This document shows positions 60,540-64,000 of a DNA stretch of 64,000 bases, in pieces. Made by a program: the position numbers and the translations under genes. A model generated the notes under the pieces. It was not told where the DNA came from. It was given only the letters and a program-made list of their open reading frames with translations, and made no database searches. Source of the DNA: Octopus sinensis (Eukaryota); the NCBI RefSeq assembly GCF_006345805.1, contig NC_042997.1:10602001-10666000 (forward strand), read 5' to 3'. Within the stretch, counting starts at the first letter, position 1, and each line of letters starts with the position of its first letter.

Positions 60540-61197
60540 TGTAGCAGCAGCAGCAGTAGTAGTAGAAAATTTAGTAAAATTCAGATACATAAATATCTTG
60601 ATACAGTATTTTAGATGGCATGTTTGCTTATTACAAATGCACACATTAATTGTGTTTATTACTTCTATATTATTTGATTACTTGGTTATAGAGCATCATT
60701 ATGACCATTAACAGTGATGGTGATATTGGCGTGGCCTGTCCGCAGCTCACTCTATGCATCAATGATTAGGTTACTCGAATGGCAACCAGATAATCAAAGA
60801 AATGACTCATAATGATTTCTAGTATAGGCACCAACAATTGTGTCCAACAATTTTTGGAGCAGGAAAAATCGATTAGATCGAAATAAGTAATTGACTACCA
60901 CTTCTTTTACTGTCGGATGCTTTTGATTATATATCTTCTCAATAGGACTTGACCTGGGACCAAGCAAGAAGCCTCACAGTGATTTAAGGTTAAACAACCC
61001 CCTGACAATAAAAGGAGAAATGATAAATATGCAGCATGTTTTACTCAGCACTTTTTCCAGAACGTGAAAAATGTAAAGAACGTAATTAATTATCTCAAGG
61101 CATTCTGTCCGATGCTCAACCGATTTTGTCAATCGCAATCAATAATAATAATAATGATGATGATGATGATGATAATGATAATAATAATAATAATAAT

Positions 61198-61244
<47 letters not shown>

Positions 61245-61245
<1 letters not shown>

Positions 61246-61465
61246 TCCTTTCCTACTATAGGCACAAGACTTGAATTTGCGTGGGGTGATGGGGGATTAG
61301 TCAATTACATCAACGGCAGTGCTCAACTGGTAGTTATTTCATCGACCAATAAAAGACGAAAGGCAAAGTCATGATCGGTGGCATTTGAACTCTGAACCTA
61401 AAGGCGGACGAAATGCCGCTAAGCATTTCGTCTAACGAGTTAACGATTCTGCCATTCGCCGCTTT
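61245..61465 (-). mobile_element. SINE family 2
   Basis: GAAAGGCAAAGTC, TTTGAACTC, AAATGCCGCTAAGCATTTCG and terminal TCGCCGC. Confidence 0.8.
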
Positions 61466-61516
61466 AATGATTATGACTATCGTGATAATAATAATAAGAA
61501 TGATAATACTAATAAA

Positions 61517-61589
<73 letters not shown>

Positions 61590-62359
61590 GGGGTTTTTTT
61601 ATAACACAGTCACCGGTTTTTCCCTTCTTACAATATTTTAATATTTTGCTCCTTACGTCTCTAACTGAGAATACATTAAATTCTCGCAAGGAATTAACCG
61701 GAAGTTTTTCGCCATATCTTAATAAAAACACTTGTTTCGGCAAATACCAATCAACTTTTTACATTTATATACGAGTGGAAAATTTGCTAACACGCGTGGA
61801 TAAAGCACCTTCAATAGATGATCATTTTTTTTGTACCTCTTGTCAACAATCAAGTTTCTTCCCGGAGTTTTTGTCTATCCTGAATATTTTTCTTTTAGAA
61901 TATCTTAGATTTTGACATTGGTATTACACGGTTTTGGTGAAATACATTCACAGTACTTTCAGATTTCTCGCCACACTGAATCCTAAACAAATTTTCTTTC
62001 CTCTGCGATTTTTATTAACTCTCTATATCTTCCTGTTAATTGCTAATTGAACTTCACTGAATTTCTTGATAATTACTTCTCTTTCCGTTACACACTTCCG
62101 ATGACTTTCATACTGATGGCTTTATTTCCTATTTGAGAATGAGCAACTCATTTTCAGGTATTCATATTTCACTATCTCCAAACAGTTCTTTTCTATTTGA
62201 TAACTAATATTTTGTTCCTAAGAAGAGTCGATCAACGATTTTTCTCTCGTTTCACAATTTTTTTCTTTGTATATTTTTGTATTCTCGAAATGCTATTTTG
62301 CATTTGTAGAAAGGGAATATAAACATACATATATTTGACGAACTGATGGCTCCTTACAG

Positions 62360-62399
<40 letters not shown>

Positions 62400-62403
<4 letters not shown>

Positions 62404-62605
62404 TAATTATAGATATGTCTTACACCTGTTTCTAGGATATTTTAACAAATATCCCTTTCATCGGAAACGGTGTGAGAGGACGGTTAAGTCAAATATCCCT
62501 CCGATGAAGGGATATTTATTAAAATATCCTAGAAACAGCTGTAAGACCGTGTATCTATAAATGCTCTAATATCTTGGTTTTTTATCTTATTACGCAACAA
62601 ATTTT
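62400..62605 (+). mobile_element. Inverted repeat with hammerhead-like motif; probable Penelope-like element end in (TA)n
   Basis: Arms 62407-62465 and 62500-62560. The right arm reads CCGATGA, stem GGATATTT/AAATATCC, GAAA, C-AGCT-G, TA. Confidence 0.6.
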
Positions 62606-62612
62606 ATGTATA

Positions 62613-62647
<35 letters not shown>

Positions 62648-63934
62648 TCATCTGTACACTGACATCGTTCATCACTGTCAACACCAATTCAGTGAGTTTC
62701 TTTTCACAACTAGTCAAACATACTTTGTTTCGTAGCGGGAGTTTTAAAATCGAAATTATCTTTTCTTCAGACATTTCATTAAGAATACTATTTAAATTGT
62801 TTATACTCTTCGCTTTCCGGCACACAATACAATTATATTCGGACTGCTGCTAAAGTTACTCCGAGGTAACATAGTAACAGTCGTAGTTAGTTACTGTTAT
62901 TTGGACATTGTTCTCACTATAATGAATAAAATTGCAATCAACAACTCTTCTCTTGCATTCAACAAATGTGTCTGTTGACGTAATTGTTTAAACACGAAAT
63001 ATTTTAACTCTTAGTAAAGTTAGTTTCAGAATATTTTCGTTCTATTCATATCATAGAAGTGTCTCTTTTGTCATTTATAGCGATTACATACGTCATTACT
63101 GAGTTCATAACACCAAGAAAAGTTAACTTTACCCATTGAATTTCTTGAGAAGCAACAACAAAGATTTTGTTTCAGATGGCGGGATAATAGAGTCGCAAAT
63201 GTTCGAATAAACTGTCTTACGCTTTTTGTGCCAGCTGTCTACTCACTGTGTTCAAATCCCAGCGAGTCAAATTTGATATGCATCTTTTCAGTGTCAATAG
63301 AATACCAATTCAATACACGTGTTGTTTCTTCTATATTTTTCTCTGCTGCCGCTTTCTTTCTACGTTTCTATCACTGTCCGAACCTAAATAGAATTGTACT
63401 CCCGCAGGTTTAGATATCCTCAGACACGCTACAGGTTACGGTGACACAGCTACTGTTCCATCAGAAGTTGAGTGCCCAAGGCAACACTCTGTTTACCATT
63501 TTTTAATGTTATTTTATTCGCTGATGTTGTCGTGTCCGGTCAAATTGCGCATACTCATTCTTTGCAAAATGAATTCAGGTTTCAGAGACGAGTGCCATTA
63601 CTTTTAATAAAAGGTTTCTTTCATAAAATTTTTCAGAAGGAATATCCAGTTACTTCACAACACAAATGGGGGCGGCATTAATGTAAGAGCTGGCATCCAT
63701 CATAAATTCAATAAATAGTCTCCCACGCCGAGCACATGTCATTTCACGCCGAGTGATTATCAATATATGCAAATATACATGTGTGTTTGTTTGTATGCAT
63801 GTATATATGTATATATGTATGTATATATGTATGTATGTATGCATTCATGCATATGGGTCAGATTACGCCAGAATGGAGAACTATATAAATAGCAATATTC
63901 AGAAGATTTTTCAAAATATTTACATGCATGTGTG

Positions 63935-63995
<61 letters not shown>

Positions 63996-64000
63996 AACAT

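Overview
AT-rich, microsatellite-saturated, non-coding animal DNA. It is most likely octopus (coleoid cephalopod), an inference from the SINE families and repeat landscape. I can support no intact host coding exon. The window reads as part of a very long intron or intergenic region, probably of a + strand gene, given one textbook branch point/acceptor/donor at 43945-44007 and the mostly antisense orientation of young retroelements. It is packed with transposons. DNA elements: a near-intact DD37D (maT) Tc1/mariner element with a single TAG nonsense codon, decayed Tc1 and mariner copies, a non-autonomous Helitron and two foldback MITEs. Retroelements: three SINE families, RTE, CR1, Tx1/L1, Gypsy and R4/Dong LINE fragments, plus Penelope-like palindromes with hammerhead-like motifs. 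The most notable points are a set of retroelements that each sit in their own microsatellite, an RTE insertion with a twin-priming-like 5' inversion and a perfect 14-bp TSD, a candidate recursive splice site or microexon, and an isolated ~79% GC island fused to an 18S-rRNA-like fragment. Almost all ORFs in the supplied track are microsatellite or TE artefacts. All calls were made by eye; no database search was run.
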